Shown one piece after another: positions 7,992 through 16,382 of a stretch of DNA of 24,551 nt. Under the pieces are notes generated by a model. That model was not told where the DNA came from. It worked only from the letters and a program-made list of their open reading frames with translations, and did not search any database. The translations under genes were made by a program, and so were the position numbers. The stretch's first letter is position 1, and every line of letters starts with the position of its first letter. The DNA is from a virus (Duplodnaviria > Caudoviricetes), in the IMG/VR virus record IMGVR_UViG_3300037479_000356, positions 1-24,551 of that record; one strand, written 5' to 3'.

Positions 7992-8333
7992 CTATTTTTC
8001 AAACGCTTCGAGCCAAACCGGCATTTCCTTGGGCTGATTCTCGGTGTTCTCGCGTTGGATTCGCACGAACTTAGTACCATCGCCCACGAGGTCTTTCTCA
8101 AGACTCAGGTCTTGAGTTCCGGTGGTAAGGCAAATCACCCGCACCGTTTCAAAACTCGCTCCCGAACCGAAGAGAAGACGATAGATGGACGGCTTAGAAG
8201 CCTTCGAGCAATCCGTAGCTCCGAAGCGGGTAACGGACCAGGTTTTTCCGAGAGGGATAGGAGCCAGGTCGGTATTGGTTACTCCTGCCGGAACCGAATT
8301 CCCTAATACGATACTCTTGTTTCTGCTGCTCAT
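7992..8333 (-). CDS. Small beta-sandwich hypothetical protein (putative virion/fibre accessory)
   Basis: 113 aa; shares LxGDGxKxVRIQxxN motif with its neighbour; GGAG SD. Confidence 0.7.
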   Translation of the reverse strand: MSSRNKSIVLGNSVPAGVTNTDLAPIPLGKTWSVTRFGATDCSKASKPSIYRLLFGSGASFETVRVICLTTGTQDLSLEKDLVGDGTKFVRIQRENTENQPKEMPVWLEAFEK

Positions 8334-8692
8334 GGACTAATCTCCACTCCGGCGAACCAACCACCCATGGCTAGGGCTACCGCCGTGTTATTAGTTATCT
8401 GAATGCGAACCTTCTTCACCCCATCGCCAAGGAGCGCCTCTTCCGATGGAACGCGAGAGTCCCCGTAGGTCGCCATCAGCACGCGATTCTCCCCATCGGG
8501 ATCCCAAATCACCTCGACGTTCGAGTTGTTCGTGCCCCTCGCATTACCGCCTATTTCAAACAGGTAAAGCGTTGCGCCATCAGCGACGACGTAATCATGC
8601 GTTACGGTGCTCGTCGCTGGCACTTCTTCGTATTTTGAGAAGTGTACGTTCTGTTCCACGCCCCCCCCCTTAAGGTTCTTCAGTCCATTCAA
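8330..8692 (-). CDS. Small beta-sandwich hypothetical protein, paralog of 7992-8333
   Basis: 120 aa; LLGDGVKKVRIQITN versus LVGDGTKFVRIQREN in the neighbour. Confidence 0.7.
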   Translation of the reverse strand: MNGLKNLKGGGVEQNVHFSKYEEVPATSTVTHDYVVADGATLYLFEIGGNARGTNNSNVEVIWDPDGENRVLMATYGDSRVPSEEALLGDGVKKVRIQITNNTAVALAMGGWFAGVEISP

Positions 8693-9956
8693 AACTACAC
8701 GAAATTAGACCGCCGGTTATGGTGGTCGCATTCAAGTTTACAGACAAAACTTCATTAACACCCCTAAGAACCACGGTCTGTCCGGGGCGCTGACCGAAAT
8801 CCCAAATCAAAGGGATTACGCCAACCGCAGCCGCCTGGAAAGTGTGTCGCTTTGCCCTGATATTCCCCACCGTCGCGCCCAAGGTTGGATTGGCCGTGTA
8901 GCTTCTGGCCGTCGCTGTGGCGGCGTCATTGGTTACATCGTGGGGAACCGCCGCCGTCACAGTAGATGTTCCGCCAGTATTTGCGGTTGAACGCTTGATG
9001 AGCTGAACGCTCGATGAGATACCGGAACCCGAGGTCGTGGTGCCGCTAAACATCACATAGTTAACTCGAATGGTTCTCGTAGGGCTTCCGGTGAGTGTGC
9101 AAACGTCCGTAGGAGAGGCGACGGTGGTTATGGAATTTGCCGCCGCCGAATAAGTGAACTTAGCCCCGTCCACCGGAACGGAATTAGTAAATATCCTACC
9201 GTTCGCATCGGCTTGCGCATCCACCCGGTCGCCGTTAATAACGGTCGGGAGGGTGGCGTTGTATTTCGCGCCAATCTTTAAAGGATTCCCCGAGTCCGCC
9301 GCATCGTGGGCTACGTTACCCACTACCTGCCAGGGCGGCGTACCCTGTTGGACGGTCCAGGCTCCGCTTTGGGTTGCTGGAATGGGGGTTTGATCTGAGG
9401 GTAATACAACGCGCAGCGTGCCCGAATCTGCTGTGCCCGCGCCTGCGCTAGTAGGAGTCCCAGCAATCTGTGACAGATTGATCGTCTGGTTCGCAATTAG
9501 GGCACCGATGGTGTTGGAGCCAGTCGGCAATGGTGAATTCGGCGACAGGGCGACTACAAAGCTGGTATCCGCAGCAGTGGCAGCAGTAGAAGCCGCTTTG
9601 ATTGAGCCATCGTTCGTGCCGTCCGTGATTCTGGTGAACTGCGTCTTGTCGGTTTGCGTCGCGGCAAGCGCCAGCGCAGACGTGTTTAGATTCGTCCCGG
9701 CATTTGCCATCACTGTCCCTGAAATCACCCATGGGGAGGTTCCTTGGTTTACGGTAGGCGTTCCTGAAACCGTGGCAGTGACGGGTATGGTCGGCTGGTC
9801 AGTCGCGAGAATTACCCGTTGGGTGCCGGTGGAGCTCGCGCCGGAACCGGTCGTAACATCGACGCCACCAACTTGCTTGATGTTCGTATCGACGGGATCC
9901 ACCACGCCCAAAGCGAGGGTAGAAAAAAGTAGCGAGATCAGTAAGGTCTTCATCAT
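8670..9956 (-). CDS. Thr/Ala/Gly-rich fibre-like protein with N-terminal signal peptide
   Basis: MMKTLLISLLFSTLALG signal-like start; internal duplicated module; beta-rich C-terminal domain ending FEWTEE. Confidence 0.8.
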   Translation of the reverse strand: MMKTLLISLLFSTLALGVVDPVDTNIKQVGGVDVTTGSGASSTGTQRVILATDQPTIPVTATVSGTPTVNQGTSPWVISGTVMANAGTNLNTSALALAATQTDKTQFTRITDGTNDGSIKAASTAATAADTSFVVALSPNSPLPTGSNTIGALIANQTINLSQIAGTPTSAGAGTADSGTLRVVLPSDQTPIPATQSGAWTVQQGTPPWQVVGNVAHDAADSGNPLKIGAKYNATLPTVINGDRVDAQADANGRIFTNSVPVDGAKFTYSAAANSITTVASPTDVCTLTGSPTRTIRVNYVMFSGTTTSGSGISSSVQLIKRSTANTGGTSTVTAAVPHDVTNDAATATARSYTANPTLGATVGNIRAKRHTFQAAAVGVIPLIWDFGQRPGQTVVLRGVNEVLSVNLNATTITGGLISCSFEWTEEP

Positions 9957-10663
9957 TCCATTCCCAAAATAGTGGTAACGATATCACTCGCTCCGCCCAG
10001 TGTGATGGCTTGAGCACGACTCCTGAAAAATAGTATCGGATTTCGTAGCGCCCCAGTTGAGAGTACGTTACCGTCTCCCACCGCGTTTCGGTGTCTAAGG
10101 ATTTCTGAAAAATTGGTTCCATCGAGACTTCCCTCGAGTCGAATGTCCCAAGTCGTGGGAGCCGCCCCAGTCCCCTTGCACTGAATGGAGAAGTTAGAAA
10201 GCGGCCGAGCCAAAGCCACGGTGACGCCATTTGCGGCTACCGTGTAAGTATCCACTCGAGACTGGTGAAAACCAGTGACCAGCGAATTGACCGCGGTGAG
10301 GATACTGGCCAGTGACGTGTTGCCCGTCGTCTGAAGGGCGGCTGTAGCGAGGGGCCCAAAGGCCGCAATGATGGAGGTGAGAAGGGCGAGCTCTGAGACT
10401 TGATTCGCGGCCGTCGCCGCTCCAGCCGGAAGCGGCCAGGAGGTTGCGGAAACGGGCTGAACGGCAGGGAAATTAGTGACTTCGACTTGCCCATTTACGG
10501 CCTGGGTTTGACCAGATAACCGATCAATGATAACGCGCAGTGGCTCCTTAAGCCGAACAGGGAGGGGCAGCTCGAGCTGGCGGCGGATATCTTCTAGCCT
10601 TCGAGTCTGCTCTTCCTGTTCGCCCTGGGTGGCAAAGTCGTCCTGCGGGTTTTTGGAGGGCAT
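9953..10663 (-). CDS. Fibre-like protein with C-terminal beta-sandwich
   Basis: VTNFPAVQPVSATSWPLPAGAAT stalk-like segment and C-terminal IRLEGSLDGTNF..FFRSR domain of the kind common in phage virion proteins. Confidence 0.75.
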   Translation of the reverse strand: MPSKNPQDDFATQGEQEEQTRRLEDIRRQLELPLPVRLKEPLRVIIDRLSGQTQAVNGQVEVTNFPAVQPVSATSWPLPAGAATAANQVSELALLTSIIAAFGPLATAALQTTGNTSLASILTAVNSLVTGFHQSRVDTYTVAANGVTVALARPLSNFSIQCKGTGAAPTTWDIRLEGSLDGTNFSEILRHRNAVGDGNVLSTGALRNPILFFRSRAQAITLGGASDIVTTILGME

Positions 10664-10667
10664 CGCC

Positions 10668-10886
10668 CTATTTTACTACAGGGGCCGACTCTTTGTTGAT
10701 GAGCGAACGAACCCGGTGGGCGAGCTTCGTCTGCTCCTCGAGGTGGCGAAGCTGGCACCGCTTGAACCATTTTTCGTTCTCGCAGTCGGAAGCGAGCTGC
10801 TCGAGCTTATTCAGGGCGTGCTCAATGATTTTCGCCTCACATTTTTCCAAACGTTCTTTCGGGTCCATACAGATCAGTCCTTTCAT
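10668..10886 (-). CDS. Small helical hypothetical protein
   Basis: 72 aa, ATGA-coupled to the upstream gene. Confidence 0.55.
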   Translation of the reverse strand: MKGLICMDPKERLEKCEAKIIEHALNKLEQLASDCENEKWFKRCQLRHLEEQTKLAHRVRSLINKESAPVVK

Positions 10887-11833
10887 TTTGAGTCCTCTCG
10901 GCGAGAGCGGTAATACCGGTAGGTATCATCCCTGAACGCTCGTTGCCTGGTTGTTTCGTCGACGAGGGTCAGGATCCCCGCCGAATCTTTTTTAAGGTCG
11001 GTTGCCGGGTCAAAGCCATGCTTGACAAGGATCTGCCAGCGAGAACCATAGCCTCGATTCGTTTTAAGGCCATGGAACCCGTGGCGGATAACACAGGGAA
11101 CGTAACCGAAGTTCCCGCGAATCCACCGATCGGCCCTTTGCTGCCAGATTTGGAGCGGCCGTTTATAACCCTTTGAAACATCGGGGTGATAGCTCTCGTG
11201 TACCTTTCCAATGAGGGCGGTACACATATGGCGATCACCGGAGCCCAGCGCCCCCGTCTCGATGAGTCCACCAAGAGCGTTAAACGCTTCCCGCCGAAAG
11301 GCCAACGAATAACCAGGATGTCCCCCCTTGGTGTAAGTCGTCGCACTCTTCACCTCAATCCCGTGATGATAGCAGTAAGCAAAACTCTCCTGCATCCGGT
11401 TACTGACCGCCCCGCCATCCGGCCCCATATCGACGGCGTGGCTCCAAGGCTGCACGACCGGATGCAGTTGCAGGGCGTGGACCGTCTCCTCCACCCAGCC
11501 TTGCTCATAGCGAACGTCGCTGTCGGTAAAACACACAGTCCTCCAATCGGGGCGGTGCGTCGTAAGAATGGCCGCGGCCACGTTCTGAACGTTTTCTTTG
11601 ATCCAGACGATGCCGGTGAGATTGCTCGAGCTGATGAGGAACTCTTGCGGCTTGGCGTCGTCGGTAATCTGATGGATGCGGGCACCTGTTCCCACTTCAA
11701 CCACCCAAAGGTTCCCGCCCTTTCGGATGAGATCGGGAGCCGCCTGGCGATAAAGATCAAAGCGGCTTTCGTACCGCATCGGGTTTGAAACCATCATAAT
11801 GACATGGTGGCGGGAAAGGTCAATCGAAGGCAT
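10883..11833 (-). CDS. Glycosyltransferase-like (GT-A fold) protein
   Basis: WIKEN..N, DxD motif (TDSDV), HPGYSLAFRREAFNALGGL, LGSGD, H..HG motifs resembling GT2-like proteins of viruses. Confidence 0.65.
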   Translation of the reverse strand: MPSIDLSRHHVIMMVSNPMRYESRFDLYRQAAPDLIRKGGNLWVVEVGTGARIHQITDDAKPQEFLISSSNLTGIVWIKENVQNVAAAILTTHRPDWRTVCFTDSDVRYEQGWVEETVHALQLHPVVQPWSHAVDMGPDGGAVSNRMQESFAYCYHHGIEVKSATTYTKGGHPGYSLAFRREAFNALGGLIETGALGSGDRHMCTALIGKVHESYHPDVSKGYKRPLQIWQQRADRWIRGNFGYVPCVIRHGFHGLKTNRGYGSRWQILVKHGFDPATDLKKDSAGILTLVDETTRQRAFRDDTYRYYRSRREDSK

Positions 11834-11868
11834 GCCGAAATTATCCCAGGACTAAAGGGCTTGTCACG

Positions 11869-13977
11869 TCACAGGGCTGAATGAATAGTCTGCCAGGAAT
11901 AAGCATCAGCGGCATTCTTCATGCACATATAGAGCACGTCAGCGGCTAGGCTTGCGCCCTCTTCAAAAAAGATTTGCCCGCGAACCGTGGAATTGCAGGT
12001 GGGCTTTGTGCCGCTCGTATTCAAATCAAGACCTGCATCAGCGATGCGAACCTTAATGGGAAGGCCAGCGTCTTCCATCGCGATTTCGCCTGAGCCGTCG
12101 GTACCCAAAGCCGAAAGGTGAAGGCCAAAGTTTGGGTTGTTTGAGTTATAAATGTAAAGATGGGAGTCGCTTGCGTCCGCCGCAAAGATATCAATCTCTG
12201 CCGGTTGGCCGGGAGCTGGTTGAAACACGCCAAAGTAAACCGCAGTAGCCGTAATTATGTTGCCTGAACCTGAAGTGATATCGATTTGACCTGTACTGCT
12301 TAAGATTATAGCGCCGGACTGTATGTTGATGTAATCAGACACTCCGACCTCCAAAGTAATTGGCGCGGCTTCTTGATTAAGAACTTTGAACTCTCCAGTA
12401 GCAGAATCTACTTTTAACAAGGTTCCATCTCCGGCACCATTGCCGGTAGACGTGTTGGTCGCCTGAATAGTGGCGTCCCCGGAACCGCCACGAATTTGAA
12501 TTTCATGATTAGCCGTCCCAGTAAGTCCTCCACCCACCAAAACATTACGATCCAAACGAAGGTTACTCGCATCACTATTTAAAAAGCTACCAATGACGAG
12601 TTCATTGGAGGCCGTAGCAGAGGACGCGGCGGCTCCACTGCCAATCAAAATATTGCTGCCTCCAGTAGTATTTGCGTTGCCCGCATTTCTTCCTATGAAG
12701 ACGTTATTAGAACCACTGGTATTAGCCGTTCCGGCAAGTGAGCCTATGAAAGTGTTATTGGTTCCGGACGTATTGGCCACGCCAGTCTCAAATCCAAGAA
12801 AAGTGTGATTTCCTGAAGTCGTATTAACAAGACCGCTTCGATAACCTATGAAAGTGTTTTGGGTGGCGCTAGTATTGGCGTTACCCGCCTGATATCCAAT
12901 GGCAACAGTATTGCTAGTGGCTGAGGCAAGACCAGCATCATACCCAACATAGACGTTTCGTTCTCCAGTCGTGTTACTAAAACCAGCTCCAGCTCCAAGG
13001 AAGGTATTTCTCGCTCCCGTGGTGTTGTTAAGACCAGAATTCCCACCAATGAACGTATTGTCATTGGCTGTGGTATTATCTTCACCCGCAAGGCGGCCAA
13101 GAAAAGTATTGTTAAATCCCGTTGTGTTTGCCGTCCCGGCTAGATACCCAACAAAAGTGTTGTTTGAAGCAGATGTCTGGGCATCCCCCGCTTGATACCC
13201 AAGAAAAACATTGTTTGATCCGGTCGTGATTGCTGCTCCAGCATTATGGCCAATCACAACATTACTTGAGCTGCCAGTAGTTCCAGCAAGGCAAGTGCCA
13301 TTGCCGATGCAAACGGAAGAGGAACCGCCTGTCGTATAACCCCCTCCCGCATTTTTCCCAATCATTATCGAATCTGTCGTCGACGTTGCCGCATCTAAGG
13401 CGCCATGACCCAAAACAGTATTATCCTGCGCAGTCAAAAACGAAGAACAAGCGGTGTATCCAACACAGGTATTATTGCTCCCTGTCCCTCCCGAATTTTG
13501 AGGACCGCTAGAAGCGCCAAAATAAGAGTTTTGAGCGCCGCTGCTTAAGTTCTTCGCTGACGAAAAACCCACCACGGTGTTGCTGCTGCCAGTGGTTGCT
13601 TCAAGCGCTTGAGTTCCTATACCGACTGAATTTGAGCCGCTTACAAGTGAAGCACCCGCCCCGGCTCCAAGTAAAATATTGTCGACTCCGGTCGTAATTG
13701 AATCACCCGTTACAGAAGAACCAAGTCTTAAATTCTGAGAAGAATCAATAATCTGAAGTTGTTTTAGACTATCGTCCCACTGAAAATTTGAGCTTTGCCC
13801 CAAATTTCCGCTCGAGTTTACAAACAAAACCCGCTTGGCGGTTCCCCCCACCACCGCACCACCCATCGTCACGTTGGCAGCGGTCGTCGCCCCAAAGTAA
13901 CCAGAGGCGTCGGCAATGGAAGCTAGTTGTGTGAAGAGAAAAAAGCACGAAAAGAGAAGGCGGTAGAGTGTAGTCAT
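11869..13977 (-). CDS. Beta-solenoid fibre/adhesin with ~21 17-residue repeats and a signal peptide
   Basis: Repeats NTFxGxxAGxxNTT(G); signal-like MTTLYRLLFSCFFLFTQLASIADA; C-terminal PTC...LYMC.K..YSW domain; visibly AT-richer than flanks. Confidence 0.8.
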   Translation of the reverse strand: MTTLYRLLFSCFFLFTQLASIADASGYFGATTAANVTMGGAVVGGTAKRVLFVNSSGNLGQSSNFQWDDSLKQLQIIDSSQNLRLGSSVTGDSITTGVDNILLGAGAGASLVSGSNSVGIGTQALEATTGSSNTVVGFSSAKNLSSGAQNSYFGASSGPQNSGGTGSNNTCVGYTACSSFLTAQDNTVLGHGALDAATSTTDSIMIGKNAGGGYTTGGSSSVCIGNGTCLAGTTGSSSNVVIGHNAGAAITTGSNNVFLGYQAGDAQTSASNNTFVGYLAGTANTTGFNNTFLGRLAGEDNTTANDNTFIGGNSGLNNTTGARNTFLGAGAGFSNTTGERNVYVGYDAGLASATSNTVAIGYQAGNANTSATQNTFIGYRSGLVNTTSGNHTFLGFETGVANTSGTNNTFIGSLAGTANTSGSNNVFIGRNAGNANTTGGSNILIGSGAAASSATASNELVIGSFLNSDASNLRLDRNVLVGGGLTGTANHEIQIRGGSGDATIQATNTSTGNGAGDGTLLKVDSATGEFKVLNQEAAPITLEVGVSDYINIQSGAIILSSTGQIDITSGSGNIITATAVYFGVFQPAPGQPAEIDIFAADASDSHLYIYNSNNPNFGLHLSALGTDGSGEIAMEDAGLPIKVRIADAGLDLNTSGTKPTCNSTVRGQIFFEEGASLAADVLYMCMKNAADAYSWQTIHSAL

Positions 13978-13997
13978 AAGGGAAATTGTAGCACGGT

Positions 13998-14450
13998 TTA
14001 TGGACGGGGGATGGGGGCTGGGGGAGGGGTCAAGAACAGGTCCATCTCCTCCTCCCTGCGCTCGAGTAACCCCTTCAAGGGCTTACCGTTATCGTACTTC
14101 CAACGGAGAAACTCTTCCGCGGCTTCCGCGAACCGGCCGCGATTTAAGAAATAGCGGAGCGTGCTCTTTCTAAAATTGCCCGCCCCGATATTGAAGACAA
14201 GGCTCACCAAAGCCGAAAACTGGTTCTCGTTCAAGGGGGGGCTGACGTAAGCCAGAACGTGGGCCTCTGCGTTATTCAGGTCTTCTACGAGGTACTTTTC
14301 CGCCAGTTCCCTCGAAATCTCCTCGTTGGGCCCTATCCCTCTCGTGTGCCCGTAGCCAATCGTCCAGACCCCGCCAGAGTCTTGATACGATCGAAGGTGA
14401 AGCTTTTCGTAATACTTTACGATCTCGAGTCCCGCCCGGTTTATCTTCAT
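13998..14450 (-). CDS. GH24 phage lysozyme (endolysin)
   Basis: Catalytic E..Y.D..GVWTIGYGHT, NQFSALVSLVFNIG.GNF..STL, GL..RR..E motifs. Confidence 0.93.
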   Translation of the reverse strand: MKINRAGLEIVKYYEKLHLRSYQDSGGVWTIGYGHTRGIGPNEEISRELAEKYLVEDLNNAEAHVLAYVSPPLNENQFSALVSLVFNIGAGNFRKSTLRYFLNRGRFAEAAEEFLRWKYDNGKPLKGLLERREEEMDLFLTPPPAPIPRP

Positions 14451-14543
14451 TGCGCCTCATCATGAGGGGAAGAAGCCCTAACAAATTCCCATCGCCTTCA
14501 ACCCATTTGCTGTAGGTCATGGCAGAAATTGTAACCCCAAGAC

Positions 14544-14573
14544 TTGAATGCTGGCACGGCCCACTGTTACGAT
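14544..14573 (+). promoter_or_regulatory. Sigma70-like promoter for the lipoprotein operon
   Basis: TTGAAT-N18-TACGAT with TG extension; back-to-back with a minus-strand TACAAT at 14528-14533. Confidence 0.45.
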
Positions 14574-14593
14574 TTCGTCCTCAAGGAGAATCC

Positions 14594-14833
14594 ATGAAAA
14601 TTATTGCCTGCTTATTTACTCTTCTTCTGGCTGCGTGCGCAAGCCAACCCATTCAACCACGAGTAACCGCTCAGGAGCCAAGGGTCATCCGCTACGAGCT
14701 AGACGCCAACCGATTGAAAACTTTGAACGATGTAAAGCTCGTTCTGGAATCCTTGCGCCTGACCTATGCTTATAGGGAAGGGGACAACGATGCCAAGGCG
14801 CGGCTACAAAAAATCGAGAAGTTCCTCAAATGA
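14594..14833 (+). CDS. Small lipoprotein
   Basis: MKIIACLFTLLLAAC lipobox (LAA-C); AAGGAG SD. Confidence 0.8.
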   Translation: MKIIACLFTLLLAACASQPIQPRVTAQEPRVIRYELDANRLKTLNDVKLVLESLRLTYAYREGDNDAKARLQKIEKFLK

Positions 14834-15161
14834 ACAAGGGCGAGTGGCGGCTAAGAAAAGAAATCGACCGGGGCGGCTTCGGCGAGCACGTCTTACCGCC
14901 CGGTCTTCTTTTTCAAATCGGCATCATGCTGAAAAAAAGGACGATGGAGAAACCTATCCGCAAGTACAGGTCCGCCGCAGCAGCGATGAAGCTCTATCTT
15001 TCTGCCAGGTCCAAAGCCCACAAAAGGGGATATACGAAATAACCTGTGGCGTGTGCCACATTGGTAAAATGGAAGTAGAACTCAATTACCAATGTACGGT
15101 CTGCGGGGCAAAGGTAGTCGCTTACCACATTCTCCCCTACTACCGAGGCGGATTTCCCTAA
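14766..15161 (+). CDS. Zn-ribbon protein (start uncertain; probably only the 3' part is coding)
   Basis: CGVC...CTVC pair near the C-terminus; TAATG overlap with the next gene. Confidence 0.4.
   Translation: MLIGKGTTMPRRGYKKSRSSSNEQGRVAAKKRNRPGRLRRARLTARSSFSNRHHAEKKDDGETYPQVQVRRSSDEALSFCQVQSPQKGIYEITCGVCHIGKMEVELNYQCTVCGAKVVAYHILPYYRGGFP
14830..15042 (+). CDS. Small basic hypothetical protein
   Basis: ATGA coupling to the lipoprotein; 70 aa. Confidence 0.4.
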   Translation: MNKGEWRLRKEIDRGGFGEHVLPPGLLFQIGIMLKKRTMEKPIRKYRSAAAAMKLYLSARSKAHKRGYTK

Positions 15162-15508
15162 TGCGCTATAAAAACATTGGGACAGAAGATAGCCCCTATT
15201 GGCAATTGGTAGGGCTAGAGTCCTTTTGCATTTACCCCCGCCTTTTGCCGTTAGAGATTCGCGAACGTCTCCCCGACCCCATCCAAATCACGGAACCTCA
15301 CTTCACCATAGAATGGCCAGCCGGAGAAATTACAGAGCGGGCGCTCGAGCTTGGAAGTAAATATGTCGAATTCGTCAAGATAGAACTCATCAAGGTGAAG
15401 ATGGGGATTGTCGACAATTTTGGCGAGCTCACCGAAGCCGAAGAATGGGCCAGTAAAGCGACGCTCAAAAAGCTAAACGCCCCCGGTGCCGCAGCAGGAG
15501 GCGTTTAG
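15161..15508 (+). CDS. Hypothetical protein
   Basis: ATG 15161 overlaps the upstream TAA; 115 aa. Confidence 0.6.
   Translation: MRYKNIGTEDSPYWQLVGLESFCIYPRLLPLEIRERLPDPIQITEPHFTIEWPAGEITERALELGSKYVEFVKIELIKVKMGIVDNFGELTEAEEWASKATLKKLNAPGAAAGGV
15475..15506. terminator. Hairpin between convergent genes
   Basis: AAACGCC..GGCGTTT inverted repeat at the junction of plus- and minus-strand units. Confidence 0.45.
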
Positions 15509-15537
15509 GTTGTCGCTTTCCCAACTCTCCTTTCAGG

Positions 15538-15744
15538 TCAATGGAGTTCATCATCGTCCGACTCTTCCTCCTGCGGCCCCATTTCATTGATGAGCTTGAA
15601 GCACTTCTGGAATCCCTCAAGCTCACCTTCAAGCCGGTTACGAATGCCTGTGGCTACGATGAGCTCCTCTTGAACGCGCTTTAACTCCGCCTGGAGCAAC
15701 ACAATTTCAGCCCGGAGCTCGGCCATGGTGCGATCTCGTTCCAT
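15538..15744 (-). CDS. Small coiled-coil protein with acidic tail
   Basis: GGAGG SD before MERDRT; heptad pattern. Confidence 0.65.
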   Translation of the reverse strand: MERDRTMAELRAEIVLLQAELKRVQEELIVATGIRNRLEGELEGFQKCFKLINEMGPQEEESDDDELH

Positions 15745-15764
15745 GAAAACCTCCAGAGCCAATG

Positions 15765-15799
15765 AAAAAGGGGAGTAAGGCCGGACGGCCCTACTCCCC
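15765..15799 (-). terminator. Rho-independent terminator
   Basis: GGGGAGTAGGGCC-GTCC-GGCCTTACTCCCC followed by TTTTT on the minus strand, downstream of 15831-16325. Confidence 0.75.
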
Positions 15800-15830
15800 A
15801 TTATACCTCGATAGACGAGGATTTTAGCCG

Positions 15831-16325
15831 TTAGTGTCCCTGCACAAATTCCAGGAACACATCGAACTTGCCGGCAGTGAGCGCCGCTACGGCGACCGCG
15901 ATAACCGGCTGCCGCTTGGCGGTGAGCTTAATGGCCGCGGCCATCGTACCGTCCTGGAGCCCTTCGACCAGGCCAGTGTAGTCAGCGATTGCCGCCGCAG
16001 CCTTCACGTCTCCGGCACCTTGGCCCGTCGACACGCCGATCGTAGCCGCGCCACCCGAGGTCGGGGCCGTCTTCACGTCGATGTACGAGCGAGTGATCAC
16101 CGCATCGTCCGGCAGCTCGAGATCGTTGCCGAGCTCGTCCTTCAGGCGAATGTTTCCGACCGCTCCCCCTTGAACGGCGTAATCATAACTCGCCCGGATG
16201 CAGCCCTTCGACTGCTGAGCCATCTTCGCCAAGCCCTCGATGGGACTATACTTGTTTTGCTGACTGAGCTGTGCGCTCGATACTACCGTGTCGTCGTAAG
16301 GGGCCATGACTTTTTTCATTTCCAT
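15831..16325 (-). CDS. Putative capsid decoration / virion beta-sandwich protein
   Basis: LP.DAVI....IDV.TA.TSGGAATI.V and LTAGK..VF.E pattern typical of phage head-decoration-like proteins; AGGAG SD, own terminator, strong codon bias. Confidence 0.65.
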   Translation of the reverse strand: MEMKKVMAPYDDTVVSSAQLSQQNKYSPIEGLAKMAQQSKGCIRASYDYAVQGGAVGNIRLKDELGNDLELPDDAVITRSYIDVKTAPTSGGAATIGVSTGQGAGDVKAAAAIADYTGLVEGLQDGTMAAAIKLTAKRQPVIAVAVAALTAGKFDVFLEFVQGH

Positions 16326-16382
16326 CTCCTATAGGTTTAGTTGTACAACGTGAGAAATTTTCGGTGGCAGAGGATCTCGATG

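Noticed and set aside
11869-13977. Diversity-generating retroelement target or S74-chaperoned tail fibre
   Set aside because: No reverse transcriptase, no TR/VR pair and no S74 motif at the C-terminus in this window.
15015-15045. Programmed -1 frameshift joining 14830-15042 to the Zn-ribbon frame
   Set aside because: CAAAAGGGGA is not an in-frame X XXY YYZ slippery heptamer and no stimulatory structure is evident.
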